Below are positions 1 through 28,900 of a DNA stretch of 64,000 bases, piece after piece. Position 1 is the stretch's first letter, and each line of letters begins with the position of its first letter. The stretch is from assembly GCF_964204645.1 (NCBI RefSeq), contig NC_134027.1:25506560-25570559 (forward strand). The letters run 5' to 3'. Origin of the DNA: Tubulanus polymorphus. Its lineage: Eukaryota > Animalia > Nemertea. The position numbers and the translations under genes are program-made. Below the pieces are notes generated by a model. The model searched no databases, was not told the DNA's origin, and was given only the letters and a program-made list of their open reading frames with translations.

Positions 1-190
1 TCAAAATTAAGCTTGAACAACTAACTGGAAGATGTATAAAAATTCTGTAGCAGTGGCAATTAGCTGTCCAGGTTTTTAATTCTAAGAACTAGGTCCGAAC
101 TAGTGACCTTTGACCAACTCCAATAACCGAAGTCTTCCAGGGTAGTCTACAATAAAGTTTTCAAGTTGATAATAATTTCGTCACACGTAC

Positions 191-14136
<13,946 letters not shown>

Positions 14137-16468
14137 CTTCGACACTGAATGAGAGAAAATGCGAAAAATATGAAAAACGGCGGTGAAATGTCAAAAAATG
14201 TGTGGAATCCAATGAAAACAAACGGACTACAGGCCGGACAAGGGAATGTGGTATCGGACATCTTACACGCAGAACATCGGACGCCGCGGCCGGGACGCAA
14301 TCACTACTGTCACTCCCCGGGCGTTAAAATAAAAACACTAAATTCACGAAGACCTCTCATTGAACTTAGCTGGATGCAAAAAAATTCCTCTCCACCTGAG
14401 TAGCTCATTTGGGATAACTGGCTTGGGTGAGGACTGGCGGTCCCGGGAAGGAGCCGGGTCGGGGACACTAACGCGGCCGGCGTGGTGTGCGCCGGGCACT
14501 GATAACTATGTGCTCGGATTCAACGTTCTTAATCGTGAATAACCAAATTATTGCCCTAGCTAGAAACTAATCTTAAAAATTAGAAACGGTGATCGGATCT
14601 GGTGAATTTACGCTCCCGAGTTTCTAGTCTATTTTTCTCGATTAAGACGGGTTAATTGTCCTGAGTTAAAGACGTGTACGTGCCTGAAAAGTGGAATGCT
14701 ACGGTTCTCCCCAATCCGCGCACAACGCACTCTAACATTTCAAAAAAAAAACTGACAGTTCGTGCTTCACCGTTACGCGGTGTATCCTTTCATCGGGTGT
14801 GATATTTGAAGAGAGCAATTAGTGACGCTTCGGTCGCGTTAAAGACTCGTTCGGAATTGATTGGATTGATCAGTGTAGCTCTCGGCTCTCGTCACTGTGT
14901 CTCCTGTACTATTCCGATGATGGTAGAAGCGTCGTATGTTTCCAGTAATGAACTTACGTCTATATATATACACTATATTATACTATAATGATTTTCTGGA
15001 ATAGGATAGCGATGGGTATTTTACACTCTGAGTAAAGTGGTTCTGTGCGTTTCTATGCGGACTGTGCCGATTTTCAGAAGTAAATTTTCATATATTTCAC
15101 ATACATAATTAACTCAACCTTGAACGGCTAAATATATTTTTCTAATTCAAAATTATCCAACGTTTACATATTTCAATGACTCGATATGAGATTTCCCCAG
15201 GTATAACCGATGGACATTTCAGATTTTCGGAACAGTTTGTACGCACCCGAATTTAAGCTTTAACTTAACTTAAACTTCATTGACAAACTAATTGTCACAT
15301 TGCATTGCAATCAGTTTGAAAATATAGTAATTTGATTTAGAAATATTCATTGCGGATTTGCCTAGTAATTAAGTTGGTCTATGAAGAATGTAAAGATTCA
15401 TTAATTAGATATAGAAGATTAGGAATAAAAATCAAGCGCTTTATCGCGTGCATGGAATTACCTTTCTTTATCCCGTCACTTTTCTGCGATTCCGTCTTAG
15501 CCGATTTCACTTTAAACCAGTCTTTCAAAGCTTTTCCCTTTTTCGCCATGAACGTCTTTTTCGCGGCAGACTTCTCCGCCTGTTCGGCAGTGGTGTTTTT
15601 ATCGCAACTGTAGCTGCCGTCCATGTTGTAAACACAAACGGCACCTCACTTGGACTTGGACGTGAAGAGCCACAACACAGTTTTGTCAACGAATCTCCAG
15701 AGATGCTAACTACATTTTACTCGAAGCTAATACTACTATCGATGATGCCTTAGTGTTGTTGCGACATCATTACATATTGAAATCAGTGAGATACAAGAGA
15801 TGACCGTGGGAAACATCATATTGTGTATGTTTATAAAAATAGACTCTGCCGCGGCGATTGAGGCCTCTGGGCAAATGATGAATATGACACCAATTATACA
15901 GATATATTATATATACATGTAATAGGCATGCAGTGCACTGCTGCGGTTCAATAGACTGACTAGTTCACAATGAGTTCACGATTGTAATTAACGATACAGA
16001 AACTGCGTCGGGACTCTGCCGCGGGACTCTGGCCGCTCATGCTCATGATGAGCCCGCCTGGCAATGTTTGTTATTGCCTATAGGATCTCGCCTAGTAGGC
16101 GTATCAATTGTATCGTTGTTATCATTTCTCGAGTCACCTGCTGATGATGAACCCGACTCACAGTTAGTTTGGACTGTGGAAGCGGCCGGTGCCCCGGGAG
16201 GCCACCATGCACCCGGCGCCATTTCCACAGTACATGGAGGAGAAAGGTCCTACAATTTATCACACAAAAACACAAAACCGCATTTTGAAACAAAACAAAC
16301 GTTAAGAAGAACTTCGCCGTAAAGTGATGCCCCTATAAGATCGCGTACATTGACGGCGAATGTGTACCGATTTATTTCTGGATTTGGCAGAATAAGGTTT
16401 TTATATTTGACTTTGCATTGATCAGATCCTGTCTTTGCCGTACGCGAACGAATGCGTGCCGTTAATTT

Positions 16469-16480
16469 TACTTCCGGGTT
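16469..16480. promoter_or_regulatory. ETS/GABP-type motif (ACTTCCGGG) in the promoter upstream of KIAA1143
   Basis: ACTTCCGGGTT about 70 nt upstream of the ATG. The same ACTTCCGGGTT occurs at 22812-22822 upstream of POLG, and CCCGGAAAT at about 49320 between MPPE1 and GRAMD4. Confidence 0.5.
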
Positions 16481-16517
16481 TCCAGAATACAAATTCCAAA
16501 ATTCGCTTTTTATCTAG

Positions 16518-18270
<1,753 letters not shown>

Positions 18271-19061
18271 CCGAGCTATAGAGGAATTTCGAGGATATCG
18301 AAGTGCTACTGGTTATGTTTTATCAGTGAGGAATATAAGTTATATCGCAGTGGATAATCTGTGATCAGAACCTGTCGAGTGTAACACTTGTTAGCTAGCA
18401 AGCTGAGAATGCTACTGTGGCAGTAGAGGATTATTCCTCTGGCAGTAGAGGATCAGTTGATTTATGGAAGTGTAAAAAAAGAGTAAAACAACTAGATATG
18501 CTTTTTGTGATGTTTTGATGAATAAATTTTTGTTAATGAAGTAGGCACATACTACCGAGTATCTTGATATTGAAGAGAATGGACAGGGGGCAGGTTCCTT
18601 TGTGATCCTTTGTGAGAGGATAGATAGATTCTTCACCAAAGTTTGGCCTTGGCTTTATTTGGACCTGCCCCCTTTTGGGCCCTGGGGGGTTGACCCAGCA
18701 GTTCCACAGTTTTGAGTTAGGGATTTGACTATATTGATAGTTTTACATCGAAAATGAATCAATTTTAGCTCACATTTAACTCAACTCCTAACTGTGGTCC
18801 ATCGAACTGAAATCAGCATTATTGGTAGGTCAGACCCGCAGTGTTGGGGGTCATTCATTTATTACGTACACATTAGGGGAGGGGGAGGGGGTTAGTGCAA
18901 TTGCGTACTGTAATGCTTAATGTATATGAAAAAATGGCCAATTTTGTGTACAGAGGGGGAGGGGGGGTTGAAAATTTCAAATTTTATGCGTACGTAATAA
19001 ATGAATTATCCCTTGGCAAGTCCCATTTTGAAAACTTAGTATAAAGATGATTTTTTTTTAG

Positions 19062-20072
19062 AGGGAGAATTTGAAAGATGGTGAAGGTGATGGCGAGGAG
19101 GATAGATCTGATAATGAAGATGAGAAACCTCAGATTGTGGTATTAAAAGCTGGTGATTTAACAGCGGAGGAAGTTCACGGTATCAAACACGTCCCCGGAG
19201 ATGATCGAACTAGCAGTGATTCTATAGGTAAAATCAGCTCGATGCTTAAAACAATGTCAACACTTTTAGTTAGATTAGAACTACATGTACAGTCAACCCC
19301 GGATATACCGCCGACCACATCGGTGCAGAATGATTTTGGCGGTATAGAGAATATGGCGGTATATCGGGGGTGTTTTACTATGTATTTGTATCGAGATGTA
19401 CATTGAGGAAACCTGGTGGTAGGCGAGGGTGGCGGTATATGGGGCGGTTGGCTGTATATCTAAATTACCTACTTAAAATCACATGTCTACAATTTAAGAC
19501 GCTTGCAAGAAATCCTCATTAAATGGAAGACACCAAAGACAGTCAAGTTATTGGTTCTTAGAACATGTACTACACTGGTCTGTCTATGACTTGTTTGTTA
19601 AAAACACTATCACCTTACATTCACAATGTACATTTATCGGTAGAGTTAGACACAGAAATTTTAAGAGTCTGGACTTATAATCAGTTATTCTACATTAGGA
19701 TCGAAACAAATGGGTGATTTTTATTTGAATTGAAGCAATCAAAATTATCAAAAATTTCAACCTCCCTCCCCCCACCGGTATGAAGGTTTTCAAAGGTTTT
19801 TATGAATGTTACCTGGGATTAATTAACCGAGGTAGTTTTGATGACATTTTTCAGAATCTGGAAAGATTAAATTCAAGAAACCGATGAAACGATCGAGCGA
19901 CGATGATTCCTGTTCAAACGATCTGAAAATATCTTCATCGAAGAAAAAGAAAGAGGAACTACTGAGAGCAGCGGACGAAACATCGAAAAAACATTCGCGG
20001 AAAGCTGTGAAAAATTCCTCTCTTCTCTCGTTCGGTGATGATGATGAAGAGGAGGAAACCGAGGATGATTGA
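19062..20072 (+). pseudogene. KIAA1143: Duplicated KIAA1143 exons 2-3 (copy 2; no exon 1 or promoter)
   Basis: Exons 19062-19227 and 19855-20072, with intact frame and splice sites. Confidence 0.7.
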
Positions 20073-20863
20073 CCGAGCTATAGAGGAATTTCGAGGATAT
20101 CGAAGTGCTACTGGTTATGTTTTATCAGTGAGGAATATAAGTTATATCGCAGTGGATAATCTGTGATCAGAACCTGTCGAGTGTAACACTTGTTAGCTAG
20201 CAAGCTGAGAATGCTACTGTGGCAGTAGAGGATTATTCCTCTGGCAGTAGAGGATCAGTTGATTTATGGAAGTGTAAAAAAAGAGTAAAACAACTAGATA
20301 TGCTTTTTGTGATGTTTTGATGAATAAATTTTTGTTAATGAAGTAGGCACATACTACCGAGTATCTTGATATTGAAGAGAATGGACAGGGGGCAGGTTCC
20401 TTTGTGATCCTTTGTGAGAGGATAGATAGATTCTTCACCAAAGTTTGGCCTTGGCTTTATTTGGACCTGCCCCCTTTTGGGCCCTGGGGGGTTGACCCAG
20501 CAGTTCCACAGTTTTGAGTTAGGGATTTGACTATATTGATAGTTTTACATCGAAAATGAATCAATTTTAGCTCACATTTAACTCAACTCCTAACTGTGGT
20601 CCATCGAACTGAAATCAGCATTATTGGTAGGTCAGACCCGCAGTGTTGGGGGTCATTCATTTATTACGTACACATTAGGGGAGGGGGAGGGGGTTAGTGC
20701 AATTGCGTACTGTAATGCTTAATGTATATGAAAAAATGGCCAATTTTGTGTACAGAGGGGGAGGGGGGGTTGAAAATTTCAAATTTTATGCGTACGTAAT
20801 AAATGAATTATCCCTTGGCAAGTCCCATTTTGAAAACTTAGTATAAAGATGATTTTTTTTTAG

Positions 20864-21875
20864 AGGGAGAATTTGAAAGATGGTGAAGGTGATGGCGAGG
20901 AGGATAGATCTGATAATGAAGATGAGAAACCTCAGATTGTGGTATTAAAAGCTGGTGATTTAACAGCGGAGGAAGTTCACGATATCAAACACGTCCCCGC
21001 AGATGATCGAACTAGCAGTGATTCTATAGGTAAAATCAGCTCGATGCTTAAAACAATGTCAACATTTTTAGTTAGATTAGAACTACATGTACAGTCAACC
21101 CCGGATATACCGCCGCCCACATCGGTGCAGAATGATTTTGGTGGTATAGAGAGTATGGCGGTATATCGGGGGTGTTTTACTATGTATTTGTATCGAGATG
21201 TACATTGAGGAAACCTGGTGGTAGGCGGGGGTGGCGGTATATGGGGCGGTTGGCTATATATCTAAATTACCTACTTAAAATCACATGTCTACAATTTAAG
21301 ACGCTTGCAAGAAATCCTCATTAAATGGAAGACACCAAAGACAGTCAAGTTATTGGTTCTTAGAACATGTACTACACTGGCTTGTCTATGACTTGTTTGT
21401 TAAAAACACTATCACCTTACATACACAATGTACATTTATCGGTAGAGTTAGACACAGAAATTTTAAGAGTCTGGACTTATAATCAGTTATTCTACATTAG
21501 GATCGAAACAAATGGGTGATTTTTATTTGAATTGAAGCAATCAAAATTATCAAAAATTTCAACCTCCCCCCCCCCCACCGGTATGAAGGTTTTCAAAGGT
21601 TTTTATGAATGTTACCTGGGATTAATTAACCGAGGTAGTTTTGATGACATTTTTCAGAATCTGGAAAGATTAAATTCAAGAAACCGATGAAACGATCGAG
21701 CGATGATGATTCATGTTCAAACGATCTGAAAATATCTTCATCGAAGAAAAAGAAAGAGGAACTACTGAGAGCAGCGGACGAAACATCGAAAAAACATTCG
21801 CGGAAAGCTGTGAAAAATTCCTCTCTTCTCTCGTTCGGCGATGATGATGAAGAGGAGGAAACCGAGGATGATTGA
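20864..21875 (+). pseudogene. KIAA1143: Duplicated KIAA1143 exons 2-3 (copy 3; two amino acid changes, G>D and G>A)
   Basis: Exons 20864-21029 and 21658-21875, with intact frame and splice sites. Confidence 0.7.
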
Positions 21876-22336
21876 CCGAGCTATAGAGGAATTTCGAGGA
21901 TATCGAAGTGCTACTGGTTATGTTTTATCAGTGAGGAATATAAGTTATATCGCAGTGGATAATCCGTGATCAGAACCTGTCGAGTGTAACACTTGTTAGC
22001 TAGCAAGCTGAGAATGCTACTGTGGCAGTAGAGGATTCTTCCTCTGGCAGTAGAGGATCAGTTGATTTATGGAAGTGTAAAAAAAGTGTAAAACAACTAG
22101 ATATGCTTTTTGTGATGTTTTGATGAATAAATTTTTGTTAATGAAGTAGGCATATACTACCGAGTATCTTGATATTGAAGAGAATGGACAGGGGGCAGAT
22201 TCCTTTGTGATCCTGATTGCATGTGGACCGTCGTCGCAGATCACTATTAAAACTAACTTTGAGATTAGGTTGTACTGAGGAGTCAAGCCTAAAGTTTCAG
22301 CATATATATAGAGGCATAGAACTATAACGGAACTTT

Positions 22337-22428
22337 GAGGTTGGTCGGGTTCGAACCGACGATATGGACTGGTTACCGGTCTCTATCTCCAATTTAGACT
22401 GGTCGCCTGTCCAATTCTGCGCTACCTG
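22337..22428 (-). other. tRNA-like sequence (tRNA-derived SINE head or tRNA pseudogene)
   Basis: Minus strand has an A-box-like TAGCGCAGAATTGG and a T-arm GTCGG-TTCGAAC-CCGAC. The acceptor stem pairs at only 5 of 7 positions and there is no clean anticodon arm. Confidence 0.45.
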
Positions 22429-22922
22429 CATTCGCAGTCAGAATAGGAAAGGTTATAGAAGACCTCAGACGGCATACGAGGTATAAGCCCATCCGATTAT
22501 AAAAAGCTTACCTACACCAACGATTAGTTAACTAACTAGTTCAAACGTTGTCAACATTTAAACTGAATAAAGATTGAATTGAATTGAACAGCGAATCCTC
22601 ACGCGCCACTGCTGAATGATGATTGAATTGAATTTATTGACGAACTAAACTAAAAAGCGGGTAAAAAACTGAAATAGCCCTTTTTGATATGCTTTATTAG
22701 TTCACATTTCAGTAGAAAGGTTTTCTTTGTTCAATTGATGTAGATTTTATAGTTGTCACACCCTTGGACTGGAGAGGTGTTACAGTCCAAAAAAATAGAG
22801 TTTCGATTTTAACTTCCGGGTTCTGCGACTGCGAGCCGTCAAAACGCGCCAGAAATAAAACATGTTTTAAGTTTTAATTCGCTGGCCTGTTTTCTCCTCG
22901 CTGATATCAACCAGTGGCTGAA

Positions 22923-25900
22923 ATGCACAAATCGATAAAACACTTTACGAAAATAACTGCGGCTAAAAATATATTCAGTCGTCCCGCCGTCGCCGCCGGT
23001 GTTCGGTGGAATTCCAACAACGATGGCGGATTAAAACCCGAAAATATAAATGAAGTCTACATTCAAATGCTGTCGTCGTCTTTGCATCGACAAGTTTTCG
23101 ATCGCACGCGACAAATCGACGACGCGTCACCAAAGAATAATGGCCGCTCAAAGGACCTTCGAGAAATATTCGAGCACCTGAAAAAATGTGGTTTGAACCC
23201 GACGACGGACAGGACGACCGTTCCGGACGTCGATTTCAAACTTCCGCCGTTAAAACATCGAGATATCGACCGCCATTTTCGATCGTTAGCGACGCAACAA
23301 ACAGAGACAGTTCGTAAACTCCTCGACGACGTGATGAATGGCGAACTACCCGCGCGACCCGATTCCTGGACGTTCGCGGCCGGATGGACGAAATACGAGG
23401 ACGGAATCGCTCGTTCGATCCCCGCACCCGATTCCGACGCTCTGGTTTTCGATGTGGAAGTTTTGATGCCGGAAGGGAATTTTCCGACGATGGCGACTGC
23501 TGTCGGACCTGACGCCTGGTAATTAGACCCCACTTAAACCTAATCCAGATTTTTATCTTTAACCAGTGTGGCCACTGACCTGGAAAATTCAGGAATCAGA
23601 AAACTCCTTATATATCCTTTTATAAACTGGTGTTAACTTTAACCCGGGGGCTAACTCAATTCATTTTCAATTGAGTTAACCCCCGGGTTAAAGATAATAC
23701 CAGTTTATGAAACTGGCAAGTTATACCAAAAATCAGACAATTCAGATTAAAGCTATTGACCACGTATTTCTTTATCAGTTTGTGATTCACTAAAAAATGA
23801 ATGAATTGAAACATTTAAAAACCTTGAAATTTCTCTGATACAAATTTTGTGAAATCGCATTTAGGGCAATTTGTAAATGAGCAGACATTGGCCACTCTGA
23901 TAACCAATATTAACCAGTATTTGTTACTTTTGGGGGTGTAGGTATTCCTGGTGCAGTTCGCGTGTCATTAAAGATCAGTTTAAATGGAACAAACAGCCGT
24001 CATTGAGTGACCTGATCCCCCTCGAGACCGACGTGAACTCTTCTAAACCTCTGACCGGCGCGTGGAGAGAGAAACTCATTATCGGACACAATGTCAGCTT
24101 CGATCGCAGTTTCATTAAAGAACAATATTTCATCAAGGTACGCACAGAAATAGATCAACGGTTTTAGGTTAAGACTTACTCTACCTCTTACTTCAAGATA
24201 TCAGTTGAAATGAGCTCTTCTAACCTCAAATAATCTTCGGCTCTACTTTGATTGGTTTCACAAGTATCATAAAATTGTTAATTTTCCTGTTCAATGTTCA
24301 CGGGTTTCATTTCCAACTACAATAAAAAACTGTTAAGCTTTCCGGACTTTTTCTTGAAATAATCAAAAGTGGTCAACAAGTTGTTGAATGATTTGAGTTA
24401 AACTTTGCTGTTAAATGATCAGCCTGTCCAAATGTTGGGCCACTCTTAAAAATCCGGAAAAAGTTTTCGATATCGAAGTAAAACACATTTTGAACCCTCA
24501 GTTCTAAAAGTGTAAGTTAGAATTTGGGTTATAATGAGTTCATTTTGATGCTTATTACTCTTGAGTCAAATCTGAGTCACAACTGTGAAACCAGGTCCCA
24601 ATTGTAATTGAATTGTTGTTTCCAGGGCCCGAAAACTAGATTTCTCGATACGATGTCGATGCATATCGCTGTCGGTGGTTTCACCGGATCTCAGCGTGTC
24701 GTTTACGCCAAAGAGAAAAAAGAAAATAACGGAAACGGTCGAGATGTTCAGGTAAGATTATCGTTGCTGACCGAGTTGTTTAGGGTTGGGGTTAAGCATC
24801 TTGCGACGTCAGTCTCCGGGACCCAGTTCCACAGTTCTGTGTTAAGAATTGACTCGGAGTTATAACATTGAAAATGAACTAATCTTAACTGGGAGTTAAC
24901 TCTTAACTCACAACTGTGGAACCGGGTCCAGGTTTGTATCGCCGCAACGGTAAGGGTATAAATCTGCAGCCCTCAGCCACTCCTTCACGCATTCATCATT
25001 GCACATGTGAAGTGTGGACGATCAGATTTTGAAAATGTGACGATAAAATGTCCTAATGTCTTGCGTTTATAGTTATACAGTTATCCCGGAACCTGCAACT
25101 CTTCAGATATTCACGGATAAAGTGTGAAGTTTGAAATTGTGCTGATAAAATGTCTGGTGTTTATAGTTCATTTAGAAATGTCTCAAGAAAAGTTCTGAAC
25201 ACATGTGAAGTGTGGACGATCAGTTTTTGAAAGTAGTCATAAGACAACGTTGCCATGAGTTCAGACTGAGGAAGCACAGTGTCCAGACTGCAGATTGATA
25301 CCTGTGCCACTCTGAAGCTAAATCCGTCTGTCCCTAATAACTATAGTCCGTTCCACTGTTGTAGAGTTTATGGATGGAAAACGGTTCGATGAATAATTTA
25401 AACGACGTTTATCAACTTTACTGCGACGCCGAACCTCTCGATAAAATCACTCGCGACGTCTTCATCGACGGAACAATGGCCGACGTGCGAGAACGATTTC
25501 AAGAATTGATGAATTATTGCGCGAACGACGTCATAGCAACGCGAGCTGTACTCGTTAAATTGTGGCCGCAATTTCAAAGAAGGTGAATATTTCATTCAAT
25601 TAAGCCTTGATTATCCACCTCGGGATTGTTTTCTTTTAGGTGGATAATCGAAGCAGGTGGATTATCGAGGGAATTGTCAATCGATAACTGAACATTATTT
25701 CAATTGAAAATGAACTGAATGTTTTTCCAAAATTTAGAGAGAAACCCTTACAGGGTCTATAGCCAGTCTCCAAACTGTCTCAAAGTTCGTACTTTTGAAA
25801 AGTATTAGTAAGGCCCTTGAAAATTGCATAATTTTCACAAAAATTTCATTACCGTATGCGCTTACTTTTGACATCCTGAATTAATTTTTTGGCCAATAAC

Positions 25901-28900
25901 TAGTAGGCCTATATATTCATGCCTTTGGGCATCAATGAATTTGTGTTGCGGATTAAGATGAGGGCCGTGGTGGTCTTATGATGTCGCTTTTGCTCTTACA
26001 AAAGTGCTTACCTTTGCCTTAGCCTTCTCTCATGTGAACTCTGCCCCTAGTTTGAGTCCTATTATCTATTTCAAGCATAAAATCTTTAATCACTGAGGAA
26101 TTTGTTGTTTATTTTCTCTCGACGGAAAGACTGCCTCACCCGGTGACGTTTGCCGGTATGTTAGAGATCGGGTCGGCGTATTTACCCGTCAACTATAACT
26201 GGACGCGGTACATCGCGAATTCAAACGCCACCTACGAAGATCTGGAACACGAAATGAAAACGGCTTTGATGACGTTAGCGGATGATTCGTGTCGAATGAT
26301 GAACGATAAACAGTAAGATCTATTCAAATCGATGAACCCTTTCAGTTCATTTACACTTCAGTGCGGTGTATTGATTTTAGATAAAGAGTAAGATCTATTC
26401 AAATCGATTAACCATTTCAGTTCAGTTCATTTACACTTCAGTGCGGTGTATTGATTTTAGATAAACAGTAAGATCTATTTAAATCGATTAACCATTTCAG
26501 TTCAGTTCATTTACACTTCAGTGCGGTGTATTGATGAACGATAAACAGCAAGATCTACTCAAATCGATTAAACTTATCAAAAATTTCCACCATTCGATGA
26601 ACATATTGAATTTAACCCTTTCAGTGCACCTACACTGCAGTGCGGTGTATATATTAGCTGAATTGGTGATGGACTTTGCTAGTACACAGCGGTGTGGTGG
26701 ATTGAGCTAATTAGTAATGATTACTAATTAAAAGCAGCACCTGTTAAACTGTTAATATTAGTAACTAATGATACACCGCACCGTGGTGTTGATGCACTGA
26801 TGCTGTATGTTCGTTATTTGACACACTGAAGTGGATTTTTTAAATTTCCAAATCATCTCTAGCACTTTCAGGTATTAATTAGTCAGCACTAAAAGGGTTA
26901 ACCTAGGGTTCTACCAAGCATCTGAGTAAACTATGTTCATTGGCTTTACATGGTACTAAGAAAACAGAAAAAAATAAAATTTCGTTTTACATATTTGATT
27001 TAAAATCATCGATTGATGAACTAGATTTGATTGGGCTAGGTGAAGTATTCCGGAATACTGTGACAGTGTATGAATGATCTTGATTTTAAAGGTATGAAAA
27101 TGATATTTGGATGCATGATATGAATTGGGAGAAGAAAACGTTAAAACTGAAGAAAGAAGTGAAAAAAACCAAAGCGAAAATCAAAGAGGAAGCTTTGATG
27201 GATAAGAAAGTAAAAGTCATAAAATCCGATCCTACGTTATTAGGCTATCCTCCAGATGATGAAAATATCGAAACTGAAGTAAGTATCCTGTTTCGATGTG
27301 TAATTTTATAGATTGTATCCTTATTGAAATTGGATTCTTACAAATCTGGGAATTCTGGATCTATTTTTCAAAAAATCAGAAATTTGAACTTGTACTCCTT
27401 GGAGACTTGTGGCTCAAGGAACCTCTTGATAAGAAACAGCTCCCACTGAGGATATCTGATGATTCAATCAGGGAACTATTGGTTGAGGGCCTGGGAAAAA
27501 TCTGATTTTGGATTCCCTGATCTGTAAGAGCCCTGATCCTGAACCTTGTCAATTCTTGTTTCTGCAGAACACAGAAACTTCATCAGAAAGAATTAACAAG
27601 ATTCTCCGTACGGCTGACCGTCTGCCCAAAGTTGTTACTCACATGCCAGGATATCCTGCGTAAGTTTTACATCTTTTAAAACACTTCTTGTACTTACAAA
27701 AGACAAAAAACATTGATTCTGATTCGGGCTATTTCAGTTCTTTTTATGAGAAATAATTTGCTTTTTTCTGTCCAATTTTTCAGTTGGTACCGAGATCTTT
27801 GCTATAAAATGTCGGATCCAGAATGGGCGCCGGGACCGAGTAAAATCAGCACCAGAGTACGCGTGACCCCGAAGCTATTGCGTCTAACGTGGGACGGCTA
27901 TCCGTTGTATTACGACCCGAATTTAAAACTCGGATGGGGTTACGTGGTTCCCGGTAAAAAGGAGAAAGACTGGCATCAGCTGCCAGAAGAAATTCGCAAT
28001 GAGATGGAACTGGATTTTCCCTTGAAGTAAGTTTAATAGTAACATTGTCTTGTGACTGCTGAAGCCACGTCACTCAGCAGGAGCTAAATTCTAGTTGCCC
28101 ACCCACACAGTAAAATACTGGATCAACAATATTTTAACATTTATCAGACCAAACTTGGACTATAGGAAATTGAACTAAAGCCTAATTGCGACACAGACAA
28201 TCTTCTATCAACTTCTCTTCCGCTTAGAAATCTTTATGATATTGTAATCTGTAAAATATATGCCTGTTATTTTTGTGTTTATTCTAGAGAATTGTACGCT
28301 TTCTGTCAGGATCGTTTAGATAGAATACTAGAAACGAATGACATCAATGAAATGAGTAAGTTTTGTTTAAAAAATATCATTGATTTTGTTATAGCGAATT
28401 GAATTTTAAAGTTCCAGTTGCGCAGTTCTTGGATAGTCATGACTCCTTGAGTTGAGATTATTTTATTTCCGAGTAGTTGACTGAATATAAAGAGTGAAAT
28501 CTATGGAACAGGGTTCAGTAAGATAGAAAACTCTTAAAAGCGTCAATTTTCGAAATTTCTTGCGTGCAGACTTTTGAGAAGAATTTGTAAGAATTAATTG
28601 AAAGCTTGAAGTATCTTTTAGTTCTTTAATGGCTCAGTTTCAACTGTACAAATGGATAAATGACTGACGCCCTTGATTCAAAAGCAATGCGTTTGTTTGA
28701 ATATTTTGTAGGTCAGCACGCGGTCGATGATATGATCAAGAAGTTCGATCGATTCAGCTTGATGGTGATCGGTGAAGACGTCATTCAGGAATTCTGGAGG
28801 AAAATGGAGAAAATGAAAACTAATAAGAAACCGATGCAACTCGAGGTAAATTGCATCAGAGGTTATGATACAAATATACTCTCAAACCATGGTAATCCTG

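Noticed and set aside
14411-14425. GGGATAACTGGCTTG resembling 28S rRNA; nearby twister/HDV/RNase MRP-like words
   Set aside because: Only 15 nt of similarity, and the required pairings for those RNAs could not be built.
14782-14790. GTATCCTTT U12 donor motif on the plus strand
   Set aside because: No supportable plus-strand exon upstream; probably chance.
23063-23533. 156-aa antisense ORF over POLG exon 1; considered as an analogue of POLGARF
   Set aside because: It is a shadow of the coding strand. POLGARF is a sense-strand alternative frame, and no long sense alternative ORF appears in the ORF track here.
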